The notes under the pieces: generated by a model | Seen by the model: the letters and a program-made list of their open reading frames with translations, nothing else | Told to the model about the DNA's origin: nothing | Databases searched by the model: none | Program-made: the position numbers and the translations under genes | Shown here: in pieces, positions 48,401 through 60,063 of the stretch | Position numbering within the stretch: the first letter of the stretch is position 1 | How the letters are laid out: every line of letters starts with the position of its first letter | NCBI GenBank assembly: GCA_031835245.2 | Contig: JAVKOQ020000013.1 | Span: 124,001-188,000 of the forward strand | Reading direction: 5' to 3' | DNA: 64,000 nt | Source: Balamuthia mandrillaris | Taxonomy: Eukaryota

Positions 48401-49819
48401 ACAAAGTGTTTGTTTGGAGACAGGTAATACTGAGACAGCAATCAATCGAAAGCCTCTGTAATCTACAAGCGTCATGAGCGGCACCGTTACGGCTTCGCCA
48501 AACGCGTCTCCACTGTCCACAACTCTAGCCAGAGATCTTAGTTCATGCCCAGCTGAAAATGTAATCGTAAGTACTACATTAGATCTGCTTATTGGTCGCA
48601 AGAACGAAGAAGAAAGAACACAGACCAGCTTTCATGGCAGCAGCATCATCAGGATAATCGCCACCGTACATCCATAAGCCTGGTCTTAATTCCGTATCAA
48701 TAGCGTATTTGAACAGAATGCCTCGTACCATGAACTTGTCTCCTCCAGCGACGCTGTTTACTTTGATCAAAACTTTGCAAAAATAAACAAAAATAAAGAA
48801 CAAATCATAACGAACCCTCCCAGCAAACACGGTTTCAGAGTCTTTTGTTCGGGGAGCAACTCTCGTTCACTTTTGTTTAGAATTAGCGAAAGAAAATGCG
48901 TGTCGCGACACCAACCAGGCGAGAGAAACGGGAACGAGAGAATGAGAGAAAGAAAACGAGAGGCGTTGCTGCAGAGCAACAAGAGCACCGAACCTTATAA
49001 CAATGCGACCATAGACCTCAGCAGCATGCTCGAAATGTGTTACGACAGCAGAGGTAAGACGATGAAGAAGGAGGTGATGAAGAAACCAATGAAAGAAGAA
49101 GAAGAAGAAGAACAAGAAGAAGAAGAACAAGAAGCAAGAAGCAAGAAGCAAAAAACCAAGAACATGAAAGGCAAGAGCAAGATAAAAACACAAATAAAAG
49201 CGTGAGAAAACGTATCATGAGCCAGGTAAGCCAACCGGTGAAATCTTTGTTCGGTGTCAGGGCGAAGCAATAGGTCCTGAAAGCGCTGGTTCCACACGCT
49301 GTTGCTCTGCAACAACGCCTCCATTTGCTCAGGCGGCAGCCTCCGTGGTGCTGCCACGTGTCGGCCCATCGTCACCCCGCCGTGCGGTTGCAAGGGCGCT
49401 TCTCTCCTCTCGTGGTCCTCCTTTTCGTTCCTCGCTGCTGCCTCTTCCACGTCCTCATACAAGCATCGGTCGCCGTCCCCCTCCTTCATGCCTTCTTTGT
49501 CTAGTTCCTTGCACTCGGTGTAGCCATCTTCAGGTTCTTCCCCTTTGTTGTCAACGACGCTCTTCTGCTTGTGCTTCTCCTCCTCGTCGTCGTCGTAGTC
49601 TTCCTCCACGCAGTAATAGTCGTCGTAGTAATTGCTGCTACCGGATTGCTTTTCCAACTTTAGCCGGTTGTTGTTGTTAGTTTGTTTTTCTTGCTGCACT
49701 ACTGCTCCTGGTTCTTCTCCTTCTTCTTCTTCTTCTGCTCCTGCTTCTTTCTCCTCCTCCTTCTCCTCCTCCTCCTCCTCCGTCCCTTCGTCCGAAAGGC
49801 AGTAGTACAAGTCCGCCAT
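42420..49819 (-). CDS. Clu (clustered mitochondria/TIF31)-domain protein with a UBR-box zinc finger and fascin-like beta-trefoil repeats (multi-exon)
   Basis: GVAGGDKF, AMKAAGHEL, PLMTLVDYRGFRLIA, GPGDIEGH, DGKLYLLDFARVFPPE, LRPELV, MHASGVNMRFLG; CTF..Q..WHCYTC..ICGPCARQCH..GH..FCDC; repeated (V/C)xIR..G.YL motifs; spliced stop TGA at 42420-42422. Confidence 0.8.
49037..49215 (-). other. AT-AC intron (179 nt), first intron of the Clu-domain gene
   Basis: Minus strand reads CAT G|ATACGTTTTC...GTAACAC|AT TTC GAG; removal gives LAHDFEHAAEVYGRIVISE; no AG occurs inside the intron. Confidence 0.75.
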
Positions 49820-50046
49820 CTCTGTTGGTTAGCTTTCTTGACCCACTTTTTTTTTTGCGAGATCTGGATCATAAAATCTCTGTTTTTCCATTGGAGGTTT
49901 GAAAATTACCATTAGATCTGATCTTACACTTTGAATCATTATTGGCCGTTTGAAAATATCCGATCTACTTCACGGAAACGCTGCTAACACAAACAGCACA
50001 ACCAACTGAGAGAGAGCGGAGCGATAACAACAACCACCCTCCAGAG

Positions 50047-52111
50047 ATGAGAGTCCTGATACTGAGCGACACGCACGGGCACTTGCACCTCATCAACCAG
50101 CTGGCGGAGCAGCACGGCGCCGACTGCGTGCTGCACTGCGGCGACTTTAGCCTCTACTCCGAGGAGCGCTTGGAGGACATGCCCGAGCGGGAGCTGGCCC
50201 TCCGCCTCCGCCACGCCCACCACCTCCCCGCCGCCGTGCAGAAGAAGGCCTTCTCTCTGTCCCGCCAGGAAAAGATAGCCCTGATGAAGGAGCACCACCT
50301 CCAGGGAGAGTTTCCGCTCTACCTCCGTGGGGTTCACCGCTTCAAAGTGCCGGTCTACCTCTGCTGGGGGAACCATGAGGACGTCCAGCTCGTCAACGGC
50401 TTGCTGGATGGAAGCATTCAGGTGCCGAACCTGCACCTCGTCAACGAAAAGTCGGATGTGGTCATTGGGCAAGGAAAGGCTCGCATTCGACTCGTTGGGA
50501 TAGGAGGTCCTTGTTGTTTAGAGCTTCTTTCATTTGCTTCTTCTTCAAGTCCACTCATTTTTCTCTGATGCCAACTACAACAGGAAACTTTATACATTTT
50601 ACTTTCTTTGATAAGGAGGGCAGCGACTCTTTCTATCCCTCCATGCGCTTCGTGCAATGGATCCGCTTACTCCAAAGGTTTCCTAAAGACAAAGTACGTT
50701 TTGGTTTCCCTCTCTTTACTCTCCTCCTATCTTTCTCTCGTGTTCTCGTTACTCTATTCCAAACTCATTGGAATGCAGAGAGGACTTCATTACAGAGTCA
50801 CACACCAGAGCAAGGAGCAGAAAGCAGAAACAGAAGAGGAAGCAGACATTCCTTTGTGGATGTTGACGCATGTGTCTCCTGGCAAAATACCTGCGATGGA
50901 GCTGTGGGGATCCTTCCTCAACGCAAGCATGTGGTTTTCAGGCCACATGGGACCTTGGTTGCCACAGCATTACAGCCTTTTCACTAACTTTGAAGACTAT
51001 GAATTTGCCCAGCGTACAGAACAGGATGTTGGGTACAGTCCTAGTTCTTTTTCTAGTTCTTCTTTCTTCATTCTGCATTCTTCATGCTTCTTTTCTGTGC
51101 TGTTTTAAATCTATCTTCTTCATCACTTCTTTCTTCCTTCTTGACAAATTGCTTTCTTTGCAGTTTCCTTAAACAGCTTTACGCCCAACTATCATGTTAC
51201 TGGAAGCTTTGGCACGCTCTTGAGAAGTTATACCCTTACTCTCCTGACGAGAAAATGGACCCCGTCTCCTCCTTCCAGGATTCACAAGATACCTGTTCTT
51301 CTTCTTCCTCGTTCCAAAGCTTCTCCTCTTGGGCTGATTTTCCATCGTACATTCAGAACCTTTTACATCTTTCATCTGAATCTTCATCCTCTGATTCTTC
51401 CGCTTCTTCTTCGTCCTCTTCATCTTCTTCGTCCGCTCCTTCATTTTCTGCTAAAGAGGCATCATCATTTCCAGAGCTAAAACTACCCCAAGAATACGTT
51501 CGTGCTGTAGCTGCCTCCAAGAGCAACTATCACCTCGCTAGAAGGCTTCGATGGTTCCTCTTTTTGGAGCCTCATCTCAGCAAAGAGGAACGCAAACAGG
51601 CGGAACAACAACTGTCTGCTGCGTTGCAAAAGAATGACAGCTTCAGCTTCAAGCTAATCCTCAAGCAAAGAGGACAGATGAAAGACAAAGGACCCTTCCC
51701 AGAGGCCATTCCCACCGCGGATGAGGTGGAGCTGATGGACTCGAATCTACAATACTTTGAGCTGCCTTACAGCGTACCTCCTGGTGCTTTGGTATGTCTG
51801 CTTTCTTAAACTCTTTTTTTTTGGTTTAGTTTCTGTGCAGGTTGCTGATGAAAAAGACCATCAACAATAAACAGGACATCAACAACCGAGCAAATAGAAC
51901 ACCCACTGATTTCGTGAAGAACACGACGCTGTACTTCAACCTCTCTGATGCTTACACGGGAGGCTACATGCTGATCGACGTCGACGAAGCGACCGGTCAG
52001 TGCGATGTACAAATGCGGGGCACCTACCCTCCCCCCACCACCATCGTGGATCCTGCCTACGACCCATGGAAGGACGCCCCAACCCCTTCTTCTTCTGCTA
52101 CCTCCACATAA
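50047..52111 (+). CDS. Calcineurin-like metallophosphoesterase resembling DUF2433-containing proteins (multi-exon)
   Basis: LSDTHG, HCGDF, WGNHED, LTHVSP, FSGHMG; in-frame GT-AG junctions. Confidence 0.8.
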
Positions 52112-52217
52112 CCTAGTGCAGTTTTTTTTTTTCATGTGTCGACAGAAATGTGGCACTAATTTTTCTAGGAATTTTTTCCGAAAAAGTGTCGACCGAAATG
52201 TTTCGTGGAGGTTTTTG

Positions 52218-52229
52218 TTTCCCGCCAAA
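52218..52229 (+). promoter_or_regulatory. Candidate E2F site TTTCCCGCCAAA upstream of CTF18
   Basis: Exact TTTSSCGC consensus ~135 bp before the ATG of an S-phase gene. Confidence 0.55.
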
Positions 52230-52360
52230 ATGAATTGTGGTTTAAAAAAATGCATCCAGTTTTTTCTGCCGACGAAACAAAGGAAAAAAAAAAAGGAGTA
52301 GTGGTAGCCGTTTGTTTATCTACGTGGAGTGGGGAGGGGCCAACACAGGAACAACAAAGT

Positions 52361-55300
52361 ATGGAGGCAGGAGAGGAGGATTGGAACGAGCATGACATGG
52401 AGGTCTTGCTGGAAAGAGAAAGGGGTATGTTTGTGTTTTTTTTTTTTGCTTTTTGTTCGGTGCAAAACCAAGTTTTGGGGTTGATGCATTCCGATTGTGT
52501 TTGCAGAGGAGATGGCCTTGAAGAGCGCACGGAGGTTGGACTTTGAGGAAGAGCGAGAGAACATACCGCCCGCCCGCAACGCACCGCCGCAAATAGAAGA
52601 AGAGGCCGAAGAAGCTTCCACCCTCACAAACAGAAAGCGTAAAATTGAGGACTCGCTTTCAGATGAGCAATCTCGCGACAAACTGCCTCCTGCTACTCAA
52701 CTACCACAACAACCCCCTAGAGACAGTTCTCTCTCTCTCTCATCTCGCTGCCTCACTCCTCTCCTCTTCTCCCTTTCTTGTTGTAACCCATGTCATTTTT
52801 TTTCCAAAGCCAAACGAAGAAGGACAGTAGTGCCAACACACGCTAGAGAACAGGATAAGACAAGTCGGAGCTCTGCTACCACCACTTACAGTACGCGTCC
52901 TTTGGAAGGGCAGCGCTGCATGCCGGTGGTCTCCTTCAGCGGCAGACAGGTCTACGTACCAATGCTCTGCAGGAAGCAAGAACACAGCCAAGCGAAGGTA
53001 CTCTAGTATGCAATGAAACTTTAATGCTCTGCTGAACTAACTTACAAACAATGCAGATGTTAGCCATCAGCAAGAACAGTTTGTTATCGGTGCCTATCGG
53101 CTTCCTGTTGCAAACTATAAACGATGAAAAGGTATCGTGCACGGAGTCGTCACGGTATTTATTCTAGGTTCTTACCTTTGTCCCTTCAACTATGCAGAAG
53201 CATGATACCTATGCCAAGATAACCGCTGGAAGGCATGAAGGTAGCTCCTCTGATGCAGGTACTGATAACTCCTCCATGGAGGAGGCCGAATCTCAGTTGT
53301 GGGTAGATAAATACGCTCCCAAAGCTTTCACCGAGTTGCTTAGTGATGAGGTTTGTGTGATGACCCGAGTCCCAACTGTTCATTTCCTTTTGGTAACTTT
53401 TCTCTCGTCGCAGAAAACCAATCGAGAGGTTTTTCGTTGGCTTAAACAATGGGATGAATGTGTCTTTGGAACAAAGAGAGAAACGAGCTCCAGGACGAGA
53501 TTCTCTGCCACTTCACCACGAAGCTGGCAAAATAAGAGAGGATGGGGCGTAGGAGCTGCCGGACAACAAAGTTTTGGCAACCAAAAGAAGAAAGATAACA
53601 CTCGTTGGGCTGATTCTAAACCTAAAGAACAAAAGACGAGTAACTACAACCATTACTCTTCCCAAAGGACGATAGACAATCGTCCAGAGCCCAAAGTGGT
53701 GCTACTCACGGGGCCTCCTGGCTTAGGCAAAACCACTCTTGCCCATGTGCTGGCTCGCCAAGCGGGTTACAATCCTGTCGAAATCAATGCAAGGTACACC
53801 TTTCTTTCTTTACTTCATTATTGTTGTTATTTTTGGAGGAACACACTCCACAAAAGAGTGTCGCCACTCACTAACATTCCAAAAACAACAATAACAACAA
53901 CAGCGATGACCGATCCCCAAAAGTCTTTCTTGAGAAGGTGCTTAATGCGACTCAAATGAAGTCTGTCTTTACAGCTGATAAACGACCCAACTGTTTGATC
54001 ATTGATGAGATTGACGGCGTGGCGGGTGGTGAGAAGAACGCTATCAAGGAGCTGATCAAAGTAGTACAAGCTAAGGATGATCCCAAAGACCCCAAGGCCA
54101 TAGGCAAGCTCAAGAGACCTATCATTTGCATTTGCAACGATCAGTACGCCCCGGCATTGAGGAAGTTGAGGGAGGTGGCCAAGGTATTCAGCTTCAGCAA
54201 ACCCTACAGCTCTCGCCTTGTTACTCGCCTCGCAGAGATCTGCAACAAGGAGGGCCTTTCAGTGGACTCGCAGACGTTGGATGCTCTGTGCGATTTGTCT
54301 GACTGCGATGTTCGTTCTTGTCTCAACACATTGCAGGTATTTCTTCTCTCTGCTTCGTTCTCCTTCTGCTCAATAGTTTTTTTTTTCATTCTTTGCTTCT
54401 TCTTCTTCTTCACCTGTAATACGTTTCTCATCTTCTTGTCCGCCTTATTATAAAGTTCATTCGACGGAAAAGTCGGTATCTCACGCCTGAGCTTGTAACT
54501 TCAGCTGCTGTAGGTCACAAAGACGTCTTAAAGTCACTGTTTGAAATATGGAAAGATATATTCAGGCGGCCCCGAAACGCGAAGGACAATGCCCTTAAAA
54601 CTCTACTAACTCAAACCCAGCAATCCAAGCGTTACATCAAAGGTTCTTTCTTCTTTCTGGTAATCTTTCTGTTTCAGCTTGTTTATTTCCAAATCAAAAA
54701 AGATGCTCTCGGTCGTGAAGATGTTCTTCCATCCAGTCGCAGGGCCCATTGGGCTATGGGCAAGATGGGGACCTCTCATTTCGACCAGCTATATACCACC
54801 ATTTCCTCTCACGGGGAGTGCGAACGAATAATCGACGGTTGTTTTGAGAACTATCCTAAGTTTGTAGTGCTGGATAACATGATGGATAAGGTCTTGTATC
54901 ATTACTTCCTCTGCTCCCTGCATTCTTCAGACGTCATGTTACTTATTTTTTGTCCCCAAACAAAAGACTTCGCAATGTTTGGATAGCCTCTCCTTCTCAG
55001 ACAGCACCACTCAGTTCATTCGTATCCATCAGGACTATTCTCTGCAAAAATATCTTCCAGCTGCTGCCCTCCTCTTTCACACGTGTTTTGCCACCAGCGA
55101 CGACCCTCAGGTCTACTTCCCCAGAGCTTACTTTGATATGCAACAAACGCAACAAAAGCACGAGAATGTCCTTCACAGCTTTATCCAGAGCGCTTCTGCC
55201 TCGATCCTTTCTAACCTCTCCACCAACTATTTAGTCTTGGAAATGTTATCGCCGATGCTAGACATTCTCTCTCCCAGCATTCGACAGGTTAGTTGACCTG

Positions 55301-56266
55301 GTTATCGGAAAGTGACAAACAGTTCTGACATTTCTCTCTTTCTGTTTTGTTATAAGCTGAATCCACAATTACTCGACAGTGAAGAGAAGGAGATACTTCG
55401 CAACGTGGTCGAAATTCATCACAATTTTGGGCTGACGTACAAGCCAGTCGCTGAAGATAATGATCAGCAGTCTTCCCAACTTGTTATGGAGCCGTATGCT
55501 CTCTTTTCTCCTCTTCTTTTAAATCACTCTTTTTCTGCTCTCCTCTAAATGTGACTTTTGTGTTTTATTATTAAGGCCATTACACCATCTTGTTCATTTT
55601 GAGGGCTTGGACTATGGCGCTAGACATCGTCAACTTACCGAAGGACAAAAGGAAATGATTTTATCGGAGGTAACTTACTCTCACCAAAGAATGCCAGGAC
55701 ATAAAAAAAGAAGATGGTGATGCTATTCCATGTTATTTAGGTTAAGCAAATGCAGCTAAAGAAGCTCGAGGAACGCCTAGCAGCGCGAGCAGAAAAGTAC
55801 AAAGCCCAACTAGAAGAACCCATTCGCACAGCTCAAGAGACAAAACTACTGCAGGCACAGCTCCGAGCCAAAACACAACAGCTTGTCCCCGCAGAGGAGG
55901 TTGCCTTTTCTCGTTCTTCCTATTGATCGTTATTGTTGTCTTTTTCTTCTTCTCATTCTTCTTTTGTTCTTTTAACAGAGCCATCACTCCACAACACCCG
56001 CCGTTCGCAAAGACTTTTTCGGTCGTCCCATCCTCTCACCAAAGAAGAACAAGAGCAGCATCGCCTCCCCAAAGATCACCTCCCCCAAGAAGAGCCCCGG
56101 CATGGCCACCAGAAGGAGACACGTCGCGGACTCCCCGGTTGGGACGCACCACCCGCAGGAGCAAGCAAGCAACGACCAGAGAGAGGAGGGAGGGGTGCAA
56201 TTCAAGTTCCACGAAGGGTTCAGCAACGCTGTGCGAAGAACGGTATACGTTAAGGATTTCTTGTAA
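52361..56266 (+). CDS. CTF18: Chromosome transmission fidelity protein 18 (alternative RFC large subunit), multi-exon
   Basis: LWVDKYAP, WLKQWDECVF, GPPGLGKTTLAH, EINASDDRS, LIIDEIDG, RPIICICND, KDFFGR, C-terminal FKFHEGFSNAVRR. Confidence 0.95.
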
Positions 56267-56384
56267 ACATTATTCTCTCTAATCGCCTTTTTGTCTTTCT
56301 TTCACCTTCGTCTTGCTGTATTCCTTATTTCCTGTTTTTTTTTAAAAAAAGAAAAAGAAAATCAAAAATTATGAATATAAAAAA

Positions 56385-56684
56385 TACAGGCATTGGGTGT
56401 CGAACCGAAGATCGTTACGGCTGCACAAAAGGATCACATTTGCTGCACCAACTCACACCCAAAAAAAAAGGAAAAAGAAAAAATAAAAAATAAAAAATGC
56501 AGGCATTGGGTGTCGAACCGAAGATCGTTACGGCTGCACAAAAGGATCACATTTGCTGCACCAACTCACACCCAAAAAAAAAAGGAAAAAGAAAAAATAA
56601 AAAATAAAAAATGCAGGCTTTCGGTGTCGAACCGACAATTCAAAGCTGCACAAAAGGATTACAATTGCTGCACAAACTCACACC
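56385..56684 (-). repeat. Three ~75-nt tRNA-3'-half-like units (period 113-114 bp) with B-box GGTTCGACACC and downstream T-runs on the minus strand
   Basis: Cores 56385-56460, 56498-56573, 56612-56684; copies 1 and 2 near identical, copy 3 diverged; the repeat is certain, the RNA interpretation is inference. Confidence 0.8.
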
Positions 56685-56718
56685 AAAATAAAAAGAGAAA
56701 GAAAAGAGAAAGAGAAGG

Positions 56719-59700
56719 ATGATCACTCCGTTGTTCGAGCTGTCGCAGGAGGAGGACTGGCTCGTCCTGGTCATGAGGGTGCCCTACATGAAGGCCTCCA
56801 GCATGGACTACTACATCCTCGGCGACACCTTCAAGTTCTTCGCCAAGCCTTACTTCCTGCGCCTGACCTTCCCTCACGCGCTGGCGGAGGACGGCACCGA
56901 GGTGGCCTCCTACGACATCGACAAGGGAGAGCTCACCGTTCGCTTGCCAAAGTTGCAGAAGGGGCAGTTCTTCCCCAACTTGGGGATGCTCACCCAGCTG
57001 CTCGCGAAGAAAAAAGGGTCTGCTGCGGAGGGTCCTGCTGCTGGCGGTATTCAAGTGGTTGGCGACAACAGTTCCGGTAACATTGCTGCTCTACCTCCAC
57101 TACTTCACTCTTCCACTCTTTCACTCTTTCACTCTTCCACACTTTTTCTCTGCTCTCTTCTCTCTTCTCTCTCTTCTCTCTCGTTCATTCAGCTTAACTC
57201 ACTCCTCATCCCCTTGGTTTTTTTTTCACAAAAGAAAGCAATAACGGGTTAGCAGAAGACTTTAATGAAGAGCAAGGCGAGGCTGAGGCTGAGGAGGAAG
57301 AAGAGGAAGACTGGGAAGTAGACCAGCAACTTCCAAAAGCGGACCCATCCAGCCTTCTCGGTGGCATTCGTTATGGATTCAACGACATGTTTACTCGCTT
57401 CTTTGAGAACCTCCAGGAGCCCGCTCAGGAGATCGTTGAGCTGCCTCAGCCGGACGTTGTATCGGCTGATCATCGTCGCCCTGCTCGTATTGCTGCTGAA
57501 GACGAAAAGTTTGATCCTGAGCACTACATGTAAGTTCTTGTTATGTTTTCTGTTCTTCTCTTCTACCTTCGTTCTATCTTTCTTCTGATGCATTTTCACC
57601 ACCATGAAAGAATGGATTATTGGGATGTGGAAGGAACCATAAAAGAGCTACTGCAATATACTGCTGATTGGCAGAAAGAAAAGCAGGAGGTGAAACAGGT
57701 CTTTCAGCAACTGCTGAAAGAACAACCAAAAGAAACGAAGGTGAACGCATCAACGAAAAAGAATGAGCAACCTCTGAAAGACAAAGAAAAACAAGAAGAC
57801 AAGATGGATACAATTGCAAATGCTGACAAAGAGACAAAAGATAAAGCAGTAGGTAAGAACGAAGACGTTTTGAGGTTCAAAAAGTTGGAAGGTAAGACGA
57901 TCGTGAAAAGAAAGAATGAAGATGAGGTAGAACTAGACCCTCAAATTTATGGTCCCACTTCGGCCCTCCAGAAGCTTTCAGAGTGCATATATGAAGAGGA
58001 TACAGGAGACGACGACGGAGGAGGGGAGGAGCTACTAAAGCCTATCGACACACGAAAGCTGGTGCCAGTAGATGCCTCTTCCTCTACTTCTTCATCACCA
58101 TCATCTTTATTGTTTGTAGCTCAACTATCTGAGTCTGTTCTTCCTTCCAATGAGCCAAAACCTCAGCCGCGCCGGTTTCCTCTTATTCAAGAAATTTCTT
58201 CCACTATCAACGAGACATTGCATTCTTCTTCTTCCTCCTCTTCTTCTGTCCAACCTACGCAGACTATTGCTTCAGAACCAGAGAGGAAGTTAAACCAAAC
58301 TCCTATCGAATCAGAGAATTCTTCTTCTTCTTCTTCTTCTTCTTCTTCTTCTTCTTCTCCGTTTTCGTTCTCAGCTGTTCATTCTGCTTTAGCAGAAACC
58401 AAGACAAAAGCGATGATAACGACTGCGCGAACAAATACTACTCCAGATCAGAAGCAAAAAAAGAAGCCTCGTCAAATGGGAACGTCACCTATGTTTTCGC
58501 ACACAGCCACTGCTTTCGCGTTTGCACCACCTAATGCTTCAGCTTCACCAACACACTTGCCCTCATCCTCATCCACAATGTCGAACAGTCCACAACCTGT
58601 ATTTACCTTTTCTTCTTCTTCTTCTTCTTCTTCTTCTTCTTCTTCTTCTTCTTCTTCTTCTTCTTCAAAACAAACGTCCACAACGGAAGAAGAGGCAGCC
58701 ATGAAACGACGACGAAGAATACTAAAGATACGAAGTGAAGAGAAGGTCATCCGGTGGACCACTGAAGAACAAGAAACATTGATGCAATTGCCTCGCAAAG
58801 AATGTACCGTTTATGCTCTCCATTTCGTTCATTCTTCCGTGAATACTGATAATGCAATGAGAAATAGATCTTGTGACAGACGAGAAGACAGCATTACTAG
58901 GACTTGTGGACCTCGTCTTTGCGTATGCCTACAACGCGCGTAGCACGTTAGGCGAAGACACATGTGAGTCCAACTGGACCATCGCCATTCTTAGCCCCAC
59001 CCTTTCCTGGTTTGAGAAGTTTACTTGTAAGTCCTCGTGTCTTACTTTCTTTCATTCTTTCTTATTCTCATCCTTCATTCTGCTTTTCTTGTGCACCTTT
59101 CTGCATTATCCTTTCTGTTCTTCATTTTCTTCCTTCTTCTCATGTGCTTTCCTACTTCTTTTCGTTCTTGCGAATCCCTTCACAACAGCTCCAAAACAAG
59201 CGTTGTTGGCAAACGTGAGGCGCAGTTTGGCCTATCCGCTGTACAGGCATTGGGGGCTTAGCATGCGCGTGTTAGAGGACACCAAGACCATCTTCAGCCT
59301 TGGGAAGCGTCGCCTCCTACGCTCCTTGCTCCACGTGAAGAGGGTGCTGGACCGCTCCGACCCGAAGTTTTACCTCAATCGACTTTATGTTGATCACTAT
59401 TGCGTTTGGTTGCAGACTGTCAAGTAAGTGTCGTTTCTTGTCGTTTCTTTCTTTCTTTCTTTCTTGTCGTTTCTTTCTTTCTTTCTTTCTTGTCGTTTCT
59501 TTCTTTCTTTGTTGTGGTAAGTACTTACCTTCGTGCAAACGCAACAACACAACAACAATAGACACCACAGGCTCAAATGGTTGGCAAAGCAAGTCAAGAA
59601 AGTGCAGCTCAGCAAAGAGGAAGTGGGATGGCCCTTGCAACAGCTGGAAGAGGAGAACCCCTTCACGTCCTCTGCCATGATGAACCTTCAACAAGAAGGT

Positions 59701-59751
59701 GAAGCAGAAGAAGAAGAAGGAGAAGCAGAAGAAAGAAGAATGATCCTTTGA
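56719..59751 (+). CDS. SHQ1: SHQ1, H/ACA RNP assembly chaperone (multi-exon)
   Basis: MITPLFELSQ..FFAKPYFLRLTFP, RYGFN, FDPEHY, GLVDLVFAYAY..GEDTCESNWTI..LSPTLSW, RRSLAYPLYRHW, YLNRLYVDHYCVWLQ. Confidence 0.95.
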
Positions 59752-59766
59752 AAAAGCAAGGAGAAG

Positions 59767-59799
<33 letters not shown>

Positions 59800-60063
59800 G
59801 AAAAATAAAATGAACAATAAGATTATTTACATTAAAAAAAAGAAACATCATCAACAACATCATCTTCATCCATTGTTGCTTGTGAAAAGTTCCATAGCGA
59901 AGAACGAAAGAAAGTGCTGAACAGGTCATTGTACAAAGAAGAGAGAAGAGAGAAACCTTTCAAATAAAAAAATAATAAATAAATCCTCCTCCTCCTCTTC
60001 CCTTGTTGATTGTGGGCGGGGGGGTGTAGCAACAGAGAAAACAGGCTTGCTTGTTGTTGTTTC

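Noticed and set aside
49037..49215. U12 (minor spliceosome) intron
   Set aside because: Donor ATACGT and the absence of TCCTTAAC do not match the U12 consensus; retained only as a U2-like AT-AC candidate
56385..56684. Functional tRNA genes
   Set aside because: Only the T-arm and 3' acceptor spacing fit; no D-arm, anticodon arm or correctly placed 5' acceptor strand could be folded
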